NCBI GenBank assembly: GCA_033549025.1
Contig: JAWSUS010000007.1
Coordinates: 85,522-149,521, forward strand
Direction of reading: 5' to 3'
From: Desulfuromonadales bacterium
GTDB taxonomy: Bacteria; Desulfobacterota; Desulfuromonadia; Desulfuromonadales; SZUA-540
DNA length: 64,000 bases
The notes below the pieces were generated by a model that ran no database searches, was not told the DNA's origin, and saw only the letters and a list, made by a program, of their open reading frames with translations. Within the stretch, counting starts at the first letter, position 1. Each line of letters starts with the position of its first letter. The translations under genes were made by a program, and so were the position numbers. This document shows, piece by piece, positions 1-10,288 of this stretch.

Positions 1-1032
1 ATAACCGCGGCCGAAGCCCTGGCTCTGTTTGAAGCCAAAGATCTGCTGGAAATCGGCGACCTGGCCGCGCTGGCCAATGAGCAAAAAAACGGCAAGCGGG
101 TCTATTTCAACGTCAATCGTCATATCAATTACTCCAACGTCTGCGTCAACCAGTGTACTTTCTGCGCCTTCTGCAAAACAACGGAAGAAAAGGGCGGTTA
201 TACCCTGGCTCTGCAGGAGATTCTGGATAAGGCGAAAGAGGCCAGCGATGCCGGCGCCACTGAAATTCACGTCGTCGGCGGACTGCATCCCGAGTTGCCC
301 TATGAATTCTACCTTGAGATGCTTGAAAGCATCAAAAAAACCTGCCCGCAGGTTCATCTCAAGGCCTTTACCGCCGTGGAAATCGATTACTTCAGCAAGC
401 TCTCCGGTCGTTCGGTGGAGCAGGTTATTGAGGATTTGAAGGACGCCGGCTTGGGCTCGATGCCGGGGGGCGGGGCCGAAATATTCGCGCCAGCGGTGCG
501 TGAGAAGATCTGCCCCGAAAAGATCACGGGCGCCCGCTGGCTCGAAGTGGTGGAAAAGGTGCACCAGGCGGGACTTAAAACCAATGCCACCATGCTGTTC
601 GGCCATCTCGAATCCGACGCAGACCGGGTGGACCACTTGGATAAGCTGCGTGCCCTGCAGGATCGCACGGGCGGTTTTCAGGCCTTTATTCCCCTGGCTT
701 TTCAGCCTGACAACACGCGGGTTCCCGGCGCCAAAGGCGTCGGCGGCGTCGATGCCCTCAAAACCCTCGCCATCAGCCGCATCTATCTCGACAATTTTCT
801 GCACATCAAGGCTTACTGGGTCATGCTCGGCCTGAAAATCGCCCAGGTCGCCCTGGCCTTTGGCGTGAACGATCTGGATGGCACCGTGGTGGAAGAAAAA
901 ATCGGGCATGACGCCGGAGCCGAGTCGCCCCAGATTCTGGCCAAGGAACACCTGGTGGACATGATCCGCAAGGCAGGCAAGATACCCGTGGAGCGCGATA
1001 CCCTCTACCGGGAACTGGGAGAGGCGACATGA
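1..1032 (+). CDS. mqnE: Aminofutalosine synthase MqnE (radical SAM), 5' end outside the window
   Basis: Frame 1 is open from base 1 (ITAAEALALF...NRHINYSNVCVNQCTFCAF, CxxxCxxC) and continues into ORF 295..1032 with PGGGAEIF and HIKAYWVM motifs; adjacent to mqnC. Confidence 0.85.
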   Translation: MTAAEALALFEAKDLLEIGDLAALANEQKNGKRVYFNVNRHINYSNVCVNQCTFCAFCKTTEEKGGYTLALQEILDKAKEASDAGATEIHVVGGLHPELPYEFYLEMLESIKKTCPQVHLKAFTAVEIDYFSKLSGRSVEQVIEDLKDAGLGSMPGGGAEIFAPAVREKICPEKITGARWLEVVEKVHQAGLKTNATMLFGHLESDADRVDHLDKLRALQDRTGGFQAFIPLAFQPDNTRVPGAKGVGGVDALKTLAISRIYLDNFLHIKAYWVMLGLKIAQVALAFGVNDLDGTVVEEKIGHDAGAESPQILAKEHLVDMIRKAGKIPVERDTLYRELGEAT

Positions 1033-2102
1033 GCGCAGAACTGTCCCAGGTGGTGGAAAAGGTGCGTCAGGGCAAAGGCATCGACCGGGCCGAAGCCCTG
1101 ATCTTGCTTGAGCAGGCGGATCTGCTGACGCTGGGAAAGCTGGCCGATGTGTTGCGACGCCAGAAACATCCCCACGGCAGGGTGACTTTCGTGGTCGACC
1201 GCAACGTCAATTACACCAACGTCTGCCAGTCCCGCTGCCGCTTCTGCGCCTTCTACCGAAATGCGGAGGCCAAGGATGCCTATCTGCTTTCCCACGACAA
1301 GATTCTCGCCAAGGTGCAGGAGTTGGCGGACCATGGCGGCACCCAGCTTCTCATGCAGGGGGGGCTGCACCCTGATCTCAAGATTGACTGGTTTGAAACT
1401 CTCTTCCTTCGAATCAAGGCAGCTTTTCCCTCCATGCAGGTGCATTCTCTCTCTCCTGCCGAGGTTATCCATGTGGCCCGTCTTTCCGGCCTCAGTATGA
1501 AGGAATGCCTCTTGCGTCTGCAGGCCGCCGGTCTCGATTCGGTACCGGGGGGTGGCGCCGAGGTGCTCGTCGACGAGGTGCGCCAGCAGATCTCCCCCAA
1601 CAAGATCGGCTGGCAGCAATGGGCGCAGGTCATGAAGGCCGCTCACGGCCTCGGCATGCGCACGACGGCGACCATGATGTTCGGCTCCAGGGAAGGGGCG
1701 CGGGACATCGTCGAGCATCTCTTCCGCATTCGGGAAATCCAGCAGGAAACGGGTGGTTTTACCGCCTTCATACCCTGGACCTTTCAGCCGGATAATACGG
1801 AACTGGGGGGCCAGGTGGCGACGGGGGTCGAATACCTGAAGGTGCTGGCGCTATCGCGCCTGGTGCTGGACAACATCGACAACATCCAGGCCAGCTGGGT
1901 GACCCAGGGGGACAAGATGGCCCAGGTGGCCCTCTTTTTCGGGGCCAACGACCTGGGGGGAACCATGCTCGAAGAGAATGTTGTGGCCGCCGCCGGGGTG
2001 ACCTTCCGCCTGTCGCAGGACGAAATCATTGCGCTGGCGCGCGAGGCCGGCTTCATTCCAGCCAAACGCAACACCCTCTATCAGATATTGCAGGAATATT
2101 GA
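1029..2102 (+). CDS. mqnC: Cyclic dehypoxanthine futalosine synthase MqnC (radical SAM)
   Basis: [49 protein letters not shown] motifs; ATGA overlap with mqnE. Confidence 0.85.
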   Translation: MSAELSQVVEKVRQGKGIDRAEALILLEQADLLTLGKLADVLRRQKHPHGRVTFVVDRNVNYTNVCQSRCRFCAFYRNAEAKDAYLLSHDKILAKVQELADHGGTQLLMQGGLHPDLKIDWFETLFLRIKAAFPSMQVHSLSPAEVIHVARLSGLSMKECLLRLQAAGLDSVPGGGAEVLVDEVRQQISPNKIGWQQWAQVMKAAHGLGMRTTATMMFGSREGARDIVEHLFRIREIQQETGGFTAFIPWTFQPDNTELGGQVATGVEYLKVLALSRLVLDNIDNIQASWVTQGDKMAQVALFFGANDLGGTMLEENVVAAAGVTFRLSQDEIIALAREAGFIPAKRNTLYQILQEY

Positions 2103-2124
2103 ACGGACAGAAAAGGACGACACC

Positions 2125-3177
2125 ATGAGTTGCCTGCGCCCCAATATCGCCCAAATGGCCGGCTATGTGCCGGGGTATCAGCCTCCGGACAGCGAGGCTT
2201 GGATCAAGCTCAACACCAATGAAAACCCCTATCCCCCCTCGCCGCAGGTGGTGGAAGCCATCCGCCGGGAGCTGGGGGAAAAGGGCGACTCCCTGCGCAT
2301 GTACCCGGATGCCGGCAGCCTTCGGGTTCGGCAGGAGGCGGCGGCGCTCTACGGTTTCGAGCCCACCTGCGTGATCACCGCCAACGGTTCCGACGAGCTG
2401 CTCAACAACCTCATCCGCGCCTTTGCGGGAGAGGGCGAAGAGGTCGCCTATATCCATCCCTCCTACTCCTACTACGCGACTCTGGCCCAAATCCAGGGGG
2501 CCAAAATCCGCACCTTCGGCCTGACGGCAGATTACCGCATCGCCGACTTTCCGGCGCGCTACGAAGGCAAGCTCTTTTTTCTCACCAGCCCCAACGCGCC
2601 CCTGGGCTTTGCCTTTCCCCTGGACTATATCGCCGATATCGCCTGCCGCTGCGCCGGCATGCTGGTCATCGACGAGGCCTACGTCGACTTCGCCGAGACC
2701 AATGCGTTGGAGTTGGTCAAGCAGTTCGACAATGTGGTGGTCACCCGGACCTTCTCCAAGAGCTATTCCCTGGCCGGCATGCGCCTCGGCCTCGCCGTGG
2801 CCCGGCCGGAGGTTATCCAGGCGCTGGACAAGATACGGGATCATTACCACCTGGATCGTCTCGCTCTCGCTGCGGCCGGTGCGGCCCTGCGCGACCAGGC
2901 CTATCTGGCCGAAACCGTGGGCCGGATACATGACACCAGGGAGTGGTTTTCGGCCCAACTGCGAGATCTCGGTTACACGCTGGTCGCTTCACAAACGAAC
3001 TTCATTTTTGCTTCTCCTCCCGACCGCAATGGCAAGAGGGTTTACGAGGGGCTCTACGCCCGCAAGATCCTGGTGCGCTATTTTACCGACCCGCTGCTGG
3101 CCCACGGGCTGCGCATTACCATAGGGAACCGGTCGGAGATGGAGCAGACCCTGGCGGTTCTCAAGGAACTGGGGTGA
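2125..3177 (+). CDS. hisC: Histidinol-phosphate aminotransferase
   Basis: [36 protein letters not shown] (PLP lysine); ATG 2125 follows AAGGA. Confidence 0.9.
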   Translation: MSCLRPNIAQMAGYVPGYQPPDSEAWIKLNTNENPYPPSPQVVEAIRRELGEKGDSLRMYPDAGSLRVRQEAAALYGFEPTCVITANGSDELLNNLIRAFAGEGEEVAYIHPSYSYYATLAQIQGAKIRTFGLTADYRIADFPARYEGKLFFLTSPNAPLGFAFPLDYIADIACRCAGMLVIDEAYVDFAETNALELVKQFDNVVVTRTFSKSYSLAGMRLGLAVARPEVIQALDKIRDHYHLDRLALAAAGAALRDQAYLAETVGRIHDTREWFSAQLRDLGYTLVASQTNFIFASPPDRNGKRVYEGLYARKILVRYFTDPLLAHGLRITIGNRSEMEQTLAVLKELG

Positions 3178-4322
3178 GAGGAGAACCTTCGCCAGTCAGG
3201 GATGCCAGGGTGGAGCCCGACGTCTTCGCCCGGGCTCTGCTGGCCTGGTACAACGATCAGGGCCGGGAGCTTCCGTGGCGGCAGACCCGCGATCCCTACC
3301 GAATCTGGCTCTCCGAGGTTATGCTGCAACAGACGGGGGTCGCCGCCGTCATCCCCTATTACCAGCGTTTTCTCGAACGCTATCCTGCCGTCGAGGCGTT
3401 GGCCGCGGCGCCGATTGAAGAGGTGGTCGACCTTTGGGCCGGCCTCGGCTACTATTCCAGAGCCAGAAACCTGCATGCCGCCGCCCGCCAGATCGTGGCG
3501 TGTTTCCACGGGCGTTTTCCCGCCACCGTGGCGGAACTTCAGTCCCTGCCCGGTGTGGGACGCTCCACGGCTGGGGCCATTGCCGCCCTCGCTTTTGAAA
3601 AGCCCGCTCCCATTCTTGACGGCAACGTCCGCCGCATTCTGTGCCGGCTTTTTGCCTGGCAGGAAGTCCCCACCACCGCCGGGGCTCAGCGGCAGCTGTG
3701 GGAGTGGGCCGAGGCACTCACGCCGGCGGTGAGAGTGCATGACTACACCCAGGCCATCATGGACCTGGGCGCTACCGTCTGCCTGCCCCGCAATCCCCGC
3801 TGTCCCGACTGCCCCGTCGCCTGCTTCTGCCTGGGGCACGCCCTGGGGCTGGAAAAGAGCCTTCCCCAGCGGCAACCCCCCAAAGCCGTGCCTACCGAAG
3901 TTCAGGTCGTTCTCGTCCTGGTCTGGGGAGGCCGCCTCCTCGTCCGCCGCCGACCCCTACAGGGTCTACTGGGAGGGCTGTGGGAGTTTCCCGGTCGTCA
4001 ACCTGTCAGCGGGCAAACCCCGGAGCAGGCTGCCGCGGAGGAGCTGCGGGAGAGGGGGCTGTCGGGGCGATTGCAGGCTGTCGGCACGATCCGGCATGCC
4101 TACAGTCATTTTCGTGTGCAGGTCGAGGTCTTTAAAGCCCAGATCCAGAAAATCGACGGCGTGGCCGAAGGGGGAGGTGGCGAACAGTGGCTGCCGGAAA
4201 AGGCGCTGTTGGATTTGCCCCTGCACGGCGCCCATAAAAAGGTACTGGGCCTGCTTCATGAGAAGCCGGCTCGTTCATCAGGCAAGGAGAAGACCATTGA
4301 AAGTCACAACCGACAGGATTGA
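3174..4322 (+). CDS. mutY: A/G-specific adenine glycosylase MutY
   Basis: [21 protein letters not shown], Hh[17 protein letters not shown], CxxxxxxCxxCxxxxxC Fe-S motif, C-terminal NUDIX-like GLWEFPG; start is GTG 3174 or 3210. Confidence 0.9.
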   Translation: MRGEPSPVRDARVEPDVFARALLAWYNDQGRELPWRQTRDPYRIWLSEVMLQQTGVAAVIPYYQRFLERYPAVEALAAAPIEEVVDLWAGLGYYSRARNLHAAARQIVACFHGRFPATVAELQSLPGVGRSTAGAIAALAFEKPAPILDGNVRRILCRLFAWQEVPTTAGAQRQLWEWAEALTPAVRVHDYTQAIMDLGATVCLPRNPRCPDCPVACFCLGHALGLEKSLPQRQPPKAVPTEVQVVLVLVWGGRLLVRRRPLQGLLGGLWEFPGRQPVSGQTPEQAAAEELRERGLSGRLQAVGTIRHAYSHFRVQVEVFKAQIQKIDGVAEGGGGEQWLPEKALLDLPLHGAHKKVLGLLHEKPARSSGKEKTIESHNRQD

Positions 4323-5436
4323 GATTATAACGACCGCTCCGGCCCTGGCCGCCTTCGCTCAAAAACTCGCCGGACAAAGCAGCATCGCCGTCGATCTTGA
4401 AGCGGATTCCATGCACTCCTACCGGGAAAAGGTCTGCCTGCTGCAATTCACCACGGAAGAGGAGACGGTCCTCGTCGATCCCCTGGCCGTAACCGACCTG
4501 GCACCCCTGGGCCCGGTGCTGGCGAACCCGGGAATCCGCAAGATCTTTCACGCGGCCGACTATGATATCCGCTGTCTCTACCGCGATTTTTCCCTGGAGA
4601 TCAACGGGCTTTTCGACACCATGATCGCCTGCCAATTTTTGGGGGAAGAGAAGGTCGGCCTGGCCGATGTCCTGCTCAAATATTTCGGTATCGAGCTGGA
4701 CAAGCAGTATCAGAGGGCCGACTGGTCCAAAAGGCCCCTTTCACCGGAGATGATTCGCTATGCCGCCGAGGACACGGCCCATCTGCACCGGCTGGTGATT
4801 ATTCTGGAAGAGGCGTTGCAGGAAAAAGGTCGTCTGACTTGGGTGCAGGAAGAATGGAGACTGTTGGAAAAGGTGCGCCATAGCGAGCCCGGGGGGCCAC
4901 TTTTTCTGCGCCTCAAGGGAGCCGGAGCGCTGCCCCGCCGGTCGCTGGCCGTACTGGAGGCCCTTCTGCAGTGGCGGGACAGGGAAGCGCAGCGACGGGA
5001 TTGCCCCCATTTCAAAGTGCTGGGCAATAAATCGCTCTTGCAGCTGGCGCGAACCATGCCCCATTCTCTGCAGGGGCTGGTGGGCATCGAGGGGATTTCT
5101 CCCCGGGTGGTGGATCGCTACGGCAAAAGTCTGCTGGCGGCGGTAGAGGTCGGCAAGGCCGTCCCCGAGGGGGAGCTGCCTTCTTTTCCCCGCACGGAGC
5201 GCCGTGTGCGCGACGAAAAGGTCGATCAGCGGCTGGCCCACCTGAAGGCTTGGCGGGCCGAAAAAGCCGCCGAGTTGCAGATGGATCCGGGCATTGTCAT
5301 CAACAATGCTCTCCTGGAGGAGATCGCCTGGCGCGAGCCACACAACGAAGAGGCTCTGCGCCAGATCCCCGGCCTCAAAAACTGGCAGGGGGAGGTATTG
5401 GCAGAGGGCCTCTTGCAGACACTGGCCGGGGCGTAA
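4297..5436 (+). CDS. rnd: Ribonuclease D (DEDDy exonuclease plus HRDC domains)
   Basis: VDLEADS, KIFHAADYD, FDTMIA, DWSKRPL, YAAED motifs and HRDC region; TTG 4297 follows AAGGAG. Confidence 0.8.
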   Translation: MKVTTDRIEIITTAPALAAFAQKLAGQSSIAVDLEADSMHSYREKVCLLQFTTEEETVLVDPLAVTDLAPLGPVLANPGIRKIFHAADYDIRCLYRDFSLEINGLFDTMIACQFLGEEKVGLADVLLKYFGIELDKQYQRADWSKRPLSPEMIRYAAEDTAHLHRLVIILEEALQEKGRLTWVQEEWRLLEKVRHSEPGGPLFLRLKGAGALPRRSLAVLEALLQWRDREAQRRDCPHFKVLGNKSLLQLARTMPHSLQGLVGIEGISPRVVDRYGKSLLAAVEVGKAVPEGELPSFPRTERRVRDEKVDQRLAHLKAWRAEKAAELQMDPGIVINNALLEEIAWREPHNEEALRQIPGLKNWQGEVLAEGLLQTLAGA

Positions 5437-5448
5437 GTTTTTCCCCCG

Positions 5449-6852
5449 TCAACCCTTTTTGCCGGGAATACCCGGGGCGGTCATCGGCTGCGGGTCGAGC
5501 AGGCGTTCTAATTCCGCCTCGTCCAGAACCTGCTCCTCCCGGGCTACTTCCCGTACGGTTCGGCCGCTTTCGTGGGCTTTTTTGGCGATCTGGGCGGCCC
5601 GGTCGTAGCCGATGACCGGAGCCAGCGACGTGACCATGGCCAGACTCTTTTCTACGGTGGCTTCGCAATGGGCCCGGTCGGCCTGCAGGTCTTGCACGCA
5701 GCGCCGCGTAAACTGGGTGACGCCGCTGGATAGCAGGGCGATAGATTCCAGCAGGTTGTGGGCGAGGAGGGGCATCATCACGTTGAGCTCGAAGTTGCCC
5801 GATAATCCCCCCAGGGTGATGGCGGCATCGTTGCCGACCACCTGGGCACAGACCTGCATGAGGCTTTCGGCCATGACGGGGTTGACCTTGCCCGGCATGA
5901 TCGAGCTGCCCGGCTGCACCGACGGCAGGATCAGCTCCCCCAACCCGCAGCGCGGCCCGCTGCCGAGGAAGCGGATGTCATTGCTGATCTTGAACAGGGC
6001 GCTGGCGCAGGTCTTGAGGGCACCGCTGGCGTAGACCACCGCATCCTTGCCGCCCTGGGCCTCGAAATGATTGGACGCTTCGCGAAAGGGGAGACCAGTC
6101 ACCTCAGCCAGCCCGGTGATGACCCTGCCGGCGAATTGCGGGTGGGTGTTGATGCCCGTCCCTACGGCTGTACCGCCGAGGGGGAGTTCCATGAGTCCTT
6201 CCAGGGCCGTTTCCAGGCGACGGTTGGCCAGCGCCACCTGCCGGGCGTAGCCGGAAAATACCTGGCCCAGCCGGATCGGGGTGGCGTCCTGCAGGTGCGT
6301 GCGGCCGATCTTGATGATATCGGCAAAGGCTTCGGCTTTTTCTCCCAACGCCTCCTGCAGGGCGAAGAGAGCGGGAATGAGGCTGTGGCGGATCTCCACG
6401 GCGGCGGCTATGTGGATGGCGGAGGGAATGACGTCGTTGCTCGACTGCCCCAGATTGACGTGATCATTGGGGTGGATCGTTCGGTCCCCCTCCCAGCCTT
6501 CCAGTTGGATGGCCCGGTTGGCAATGACCTCGTTGGCGTTCATGTTGGTGCTGGTGCCCGAGCCGGTCTGGAAAATATCAAGGACGAAATGGCGGTCGAG
6601 TTCGCCGCGGACGACCTCTTCGGCTGCCTCCATGACAGCCATGGCCCGTTCGCTGTCTAACAGGCCCAGTTCCATGTTTACCCGTGCGGCTCTCTCCTTG
6701 ATCATGCCCAAAGCGCGCAGGAAGGGGCGCGGGAAGCGGTATCCTGAAATGGGAAAGTTCTCCTGGGCTCTCGCCGTCTGGGCTCCGTAAAGGGCGTCGG
6801 CGGGTACGACCATTTCTCCCATGGAGTCTCTCTCGAGGCGTGTTTCGGACAT
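5449..6852 (-). CDS. fumC: Class II fumarate hydratase
   Basis: FQTGSGTSTNMN, HPNDHVN, GRTHLQDA, GSSIMPGKVNP signature. Confidence 0.92.
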   Translation of the reverse strand: MSETRLERDSMGEMVVPADALYGAQTARAQENFPISGYRFPRPFLRALGMIKERAARVNMELGLLDSERAMAVMEAAEEVVRGELDRHFVLDIFQTGSGTSTNMNANEVIANRAIQLEGWEGDRTIHPNDHVNLGQSSNDVIPSAIHIAAAVEIRHSLIPALFALQEALGEKAEAFADIIKIGRTHLQDATPIRLGQVFSGYARQVALANRRLETALEGLMELPLGGTAVGTGINTHPQFAGRVITGLAEVTGLPFREASNHFEAQGGKDAVVYASGALKTCASALFKISNDIRFLGSGPRCGLGELILPSVQPGSSIMPGKVNPVMAESLMQVCAQVVGNDAAITLGGLSGNFELNVMMPLLAHNLLESIALLSSGVTQFTRRCVQDLQADRAHCEATVEKSLAMVTSLAPVIGYDRAAQIAKKAHESGRTVREVAREEQVLDEAELERLLDPQPMTAPGIPGKKG

Positions 6853-7037
6853 GGCGTCTCTCCTTGTAAGTCGCGATAGGCTCTGAAAATTCTGTTCCGT
6901 GCCAGGGGTCTGACTTTTGAGAATAGCAATCTCCCCTTTCCTGTCAACGGGTTCTGTTGCCGGAAGCCTAAATTCTCCCTTTAACGGGACCTCTTATTGG
7001 CTTTGCCTGCCGCCGAGGCTTGGCGTATGATGTGCCC

Positions 7038-7910
7038 ATGAGCACCCTGGCCCTGCTTCTCATCCTGTTTTCCGCCTTCATGCACGCCTTGTGGAACCTG
7101 CTGGTCAAACGCAGCCGGGACAAGACGGTCTTTATCTGGTGGATGTTCGTGGCCTCGGCCGGTTGCCTGCAGGTGGTCCTGCCTTTTTGGGCCGAGCCCT
7201 TTCCTCCCCTGAACCCGGCGGTGCTTTTGCTGGGGGTGGCCGGTGCCGCCTGTTTTGTCCTCTATCACCTCTTCAACGGCCGTGCGTACCGCGATGGCGA
7301 CCTGTCCCTGACCTATCCTTTGGCCCAGACCTCCATGCTGTACGTCCCCCTTTGGGGGGTGTGGCTGCTGGGGGAGCGGATCTCGCTGCTGGGGCTGGCC
7401 GGCATTCTCTTGATCCTCTGTGGTGCTTGGGCAGTGCAGTTGCAGCGCTTTTCCCTGCGCGAAATTACCCGGCCCGTGCGCAACCTGCGGAACCCGTCAG
7501 TGCAGGCCGCTCTCGCCGCCGGGTTTATCTACTCCTTGGGGGCGGTGGTCGACAAGGCGGGGGTGAGTCTCTATCCCCCCTTTTATTTTACCTATCTGCT
7601 GGTCATGTTCATGCTGCTCTTGATGACCCTTAACCTGTTGCGCAGTCCTTATCGCGGTCGCATTCTGAGCGAGTGGCGTCAAAGCAGGAGCCTGGTGCTG
7701 CTGTCCGGGCCGGTTATGATGGGGTCGTTTCTCTCTTTTCGTTACGGGCTGAGCCTGGCCCCCATGAGCTATGCGGTGCCGGTGCGCCAGGTCAGTCTGC
7801 TGATCGGCGTCCTCATCGGGATCCTCTTTCTGGGGGAGACCTGCGGGCGCATCCGGTTTTCGGCCACTTTGCTCATTCTGGCCGGCGTGGTTCTGATCCG
7901 CCTCGGTTGA
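7038..7910 (+). CDS. EamA/DMT family transporter
   Basis: About 10 hydrophobic segments; SAFMHALWN and GDLSLTYPLA motifs. Confidence 0.8.
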   Translation: MSTLALLLILFSAFMHALWNLLVKRSRDKTVFIWWMFVASAGCLQVVLPFWAEPFPPLNPAVLLLGVAGAACFVLYHLFNGRAYRDGDLSLTYPLAQTSMLYVPLWGVWLLGERISLLGLAGILLILCGAWAVQLQRFSLREITRPVRNLRNPSVQAALAAGFIYSLGAVVDKAGVSLYPPFYFTYLLVMFMLLLMTLNLLRSPYRGRILSEWRQSRSLVLLSGPVMMGSFLSFRYGLSLAPMSYAVPVRQVSLLIGVLIGILFLGETCGRIRFSATLLILAGVVLIRLG

Positions 7911-7940
7911 GTCCGGGCGGTACTTGAAAGGACAAGCACA

Positions 7941-8513
7941 ATGAAAAATCTGGCGAATTTCTTTTTTGAGGTCGGCATGCTCAAGCGCACCCCCCGTACG
8001 GGTTTCCAGTTTCTGGGTTCCGGGGCCGAGTCAGTCGCCGAACATTCCTTCCGCACCGCCATCATCGGCTTTACTCTGGCCCATCTCGATGACGGGGTCG
8101 ATACGGGCAAGGTGGTGCAGATGTGCCTCTTTCACGATATCCCTGAGGCCCGCACCGGCGACCTCAATTACGTGAATAAAAAGTATGTCAAAGCCGACGA
8201 GGAAAAAGCCGTGGAAGACCTGGCCCGCACGCTGCCCTTTGGTGACGATTACCGGGCACTGCTGGAGGAGTTCGGTCGCAAGGAGAGCCGCGAGGCTCAA
8301 ATCGCCCATGATGCCGATCAGCTCGAGATGATATTGGCGCTTAAAGAGCACAAGGATCTCGGCAACCGCAATGCAGACGAATGGTATCCGTTTGCGGTGC
8401 GCCGACTCAGAACCGACGGGGCCCGCCGTCTCGCCGAAACCATCTGGACCACAGATTCCAGCCGCTGGTGGTTCGATGACGACGGCGATTGGTGGGTGAA
8501 CGGCAAGCGCTAA
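7941..8513 (+). CDS. HD-domain hydrolase (YfbR/HDDC2-like 5'-nucleotidase)
   Basis: LKRTPRTG, ESVAEHS, HD, DADQLE motifs. Confidence 0.8.
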   Translation: MKNLANFFFEVGMLKRTPRTGFQFLGSGAESVAEHSFRTAIIGFTLAHLDDGVDTGKVVQMCLFHDIPEARTGDLNYVNKKYVKADEEKAVEDLARTLPFGDDYRALLEEFGRKESREAQIAHDADQLEMILALKEHKDLGNRNADEWYPFAVRRLRTDGARRLAETIWTTDSSRWWFDDDGDWWVNGKR

Positions 8514-8598
8514 CACAGGGTGGAGGCAAGCGGCTTGACTGCCTGAGGCGAAGGTGCTAGAAATAAGGGCTTTTTACAGCCAACATGGGGGTGCGTTC

Positions 8599-9870
8599 AT
8601 GCTTGACATCAAATATCTGCGCGACAATCTGGACGAAGCCGAACGGCGTCTGGCCACCCGGGGCGGGGCTCTCGACCTTTCTGCCTTTCGGGGGCTCGAT
8701 CAGCGGCGGCGCGAGCTTTTGGGGGAATCCGAATCGCTCAAGGCCGAAAAAAACAAGGTCTCCGCCCTTATCGGGCAGACCAAAGATAAAAGTCAGGTTC
8801 AGACCGAGATCGCCCGCATGAAGGAGGTCTCCGCCCGCATCAAGACCCTCGATGACGAGCTCAAGGCCGTCGAGGAGCAGCTGCAGGGCCTGCTGATGAC
8901 CGTTCCCAATATCCCTCACGAGAAATGCCCGGTCGGCGCCTCGGAGGACGACAACCGCGAAGTGCGCGTCTGGGGCTCCCGTCCCCAATTCGACTTTGCT
9001 CCCAAGCCGCACTGGGAAATCGGTGAGCAGCTCCGTATTCTCGACTTCGAGTGTGCCGGCAAGCTGACTGGGGCCCGTTTTGCCCTCTACCGGGGAGCCG
9101 GTGCCCGCCTGGAAAGAGCCCTGATCAACTTTATGCTCGACCTGCATACAACCCGCCATAAATATATTGAAATTTTGCCGCCCTTTATGGTAAATAGGGT
9201 CTCCATGACGGGGACAGGACAGCTCCCCAAGTTTGAAGACGATCTTTTTCATTTAGAAGACCCGGATTTTTTCCTCATCCCGACGGCCGAGGTTCCTGTA
9301 ACCAATATCCATCGGGACGAGATTCTGGCGGCTGGTACGCTACCGGTCCTTTACACGGCTTATACGCCCTGCTTCCGCAAGGAAGCCGGATCCCATGGCA
9401 AGGATACGCGTGGCCTTATCCGCCAGCACCAGTTCAACAAAGTTGAGCTGGTCAAGTTTGTCCGGCCGGAGCAGTCCGACGCTGAACTGGAAAGCCTGCT
9501 GGATAACGCCGAGGAGGTGCTCCGGCAATTGGGGCTTCCCTACAGAGTCGTGGATCTCTGTACGGGGGACATCGGCTTCTCCGCCGCCCGCACCTTCGAC
9601 ATCGAAGTCTGGCTGCCCGGACAGGATGCCTACAGGGAAATATCCTCCTGCTCCAACTTCCGCGATTTTCAGGCTCGCCGGGCCGGTATTCGTTTCCGGC
9701 GGGAAGAAGGAGAGCGGCCCGAATTCGTTCATACGCTGAATGGATCCGGACTGGCGGTAGGACGCACCCTGGTGGCGATTCTCGAAAACTACCAGCAGGC
9801 CGACGGGTCGGTGCTGATCCCGGAAGTCCTCCGGCCCTACATGGGCGGCTTGGAGCGCATCGAAGCCTGA
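8599..9870 (+). CDS. serS: Serine--tRNA ligase
   Basis: MLDIKYLR start, coiled-coil arm, [44 protein letters not shown]. Confidence 0.97.
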   Translation: MLDIKYLRDNLDEAERRLATRGGALDLSAFRGLDQRRRELLGESESLKAEKNKVSALIGQTKDKSQVQTEIARMKEVSARIKTLDDELKAVEEQLQGLLMTVPNIPHEKCPVGASEDDNREVRVWGSRPQFDFAPKPHWEIGEQLRILDFECAGKLTGARFALYRGAGARLERALINFMLDLHTTRHKYIEILPPFMVNRVSMTGTGQLPKFEDDLFHLEDPDFFLIPTAEVPVTNIHRDEILAAGTLPVLYTAYTPCFRKEAGSHGKDTRGLIRQHQFNKVELVKFVRPEQSDAELESLLDNAEEVLRQLGLPYRVVDLCTGDIGFSAARTFDIEVWLPGQDAYREISSCSNFRDFQARRAGIRFRREEGERPEFVHTLNGSGLAVGRTLVAILENYQQADGSVLIPEVLRPYMGGLERIEA

Positions 9871-9882
9871 TAAAGTGACTGC

Positions 9883-9948
9883 GGAGGAGTGGCCGAGTGG
9901 TTTAAGGCGGCGGTCTTGAAAACCGTTGTACGAAAGTACCGTGGGTTC
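9883..9948 (+). pseudogene. 5' portion of host tRNA-Ser(UGA), interrupted in the T-loop (left junction of the element)
   Basis: GGAGGAG acceptor strand, D arm, GCGGT-CTTGAAA-ACCGT anticodon arm, variable arm, GTGGGTTC, then unrelated TTATATCC; the matching 3' end is at 25619-25644. Confidence 0.9.
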
Positions 9949-9963
9949 TTATATCCGCCTCAG
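9949..9963 (+). repeat. Left imperfect terminal inverted repeat TTATATCCGCCTCAG
   Basis: 12/15 match to the reverse complement of 25604-25618 (TTATATAAGGCTCAG). Confidence 0.75.
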
Positions 9964-10012
9964 AACGCTGCACGTTTTAAAAACAATTGATAATTATTTT
10001 TATATAGAACTA

Positions 10013-10102
10013 GGTGGGCTGGCCGAGTGGTTGAAGGCGCTGGTCTTGAAAACCAGAAGCGATTAACGTCGCTCCGGGGTTCGAATCCCTGGCCCACCGC
10101 CA
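10013..10102 (+). tRNA. tRNA-Ser(UGA), element-encoded complete copy
   Basis: Acceptor GGTGGGC/GCCCACC, anticodon arm CTGGT-CTTGAAA-ACCAG, long variable arm, GGTTCGAATCC T arm, G discriminator, encoded CCA. Confidence 0.93.
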
Positions 10103-10112
10103 AAATAATAGT

Positions 10113-10153
10113 AAAAACGGGGACCTAGAGGATTCTGGGTCCCCGTTTTTTTT
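10113..10153 (+). terminator. Intrinsic terminator after the element tRNA
   Basis: AAAACGGGGACC...GGTCCCCGTTTT stem followed by a T tract. Confidence 0.7.
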
Positions 10154-10288
10154 GTCGTAACTCTCACATTCCCCTCTCCGCAAACCATAGTGCGCAGTAA
10201 AATAGCTGCGTCCTGTTGTGTTCCGCTAATCTTCCTATATACTGTCCCTCGAAAGTTACTGCGCTTTATTTCCTCGTCGGAGGGGTCT

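Noticed and set aside
2943..4296. Long N-terminal extensions of mutY (from 2943) and rnd (from 3739) in the ORF track
   Set aside because: They overlap upstream genes in other frames; recognisable domains begin near 3174-3210 and 4297.
9883..10102. Selenocysteine tRNA, or a tandem duplication of one tRNA
   Set aside because: The anticodon is TGA (Ser), not TCA, and the two copies differ in their stems. The first is completed by 25619-25644.
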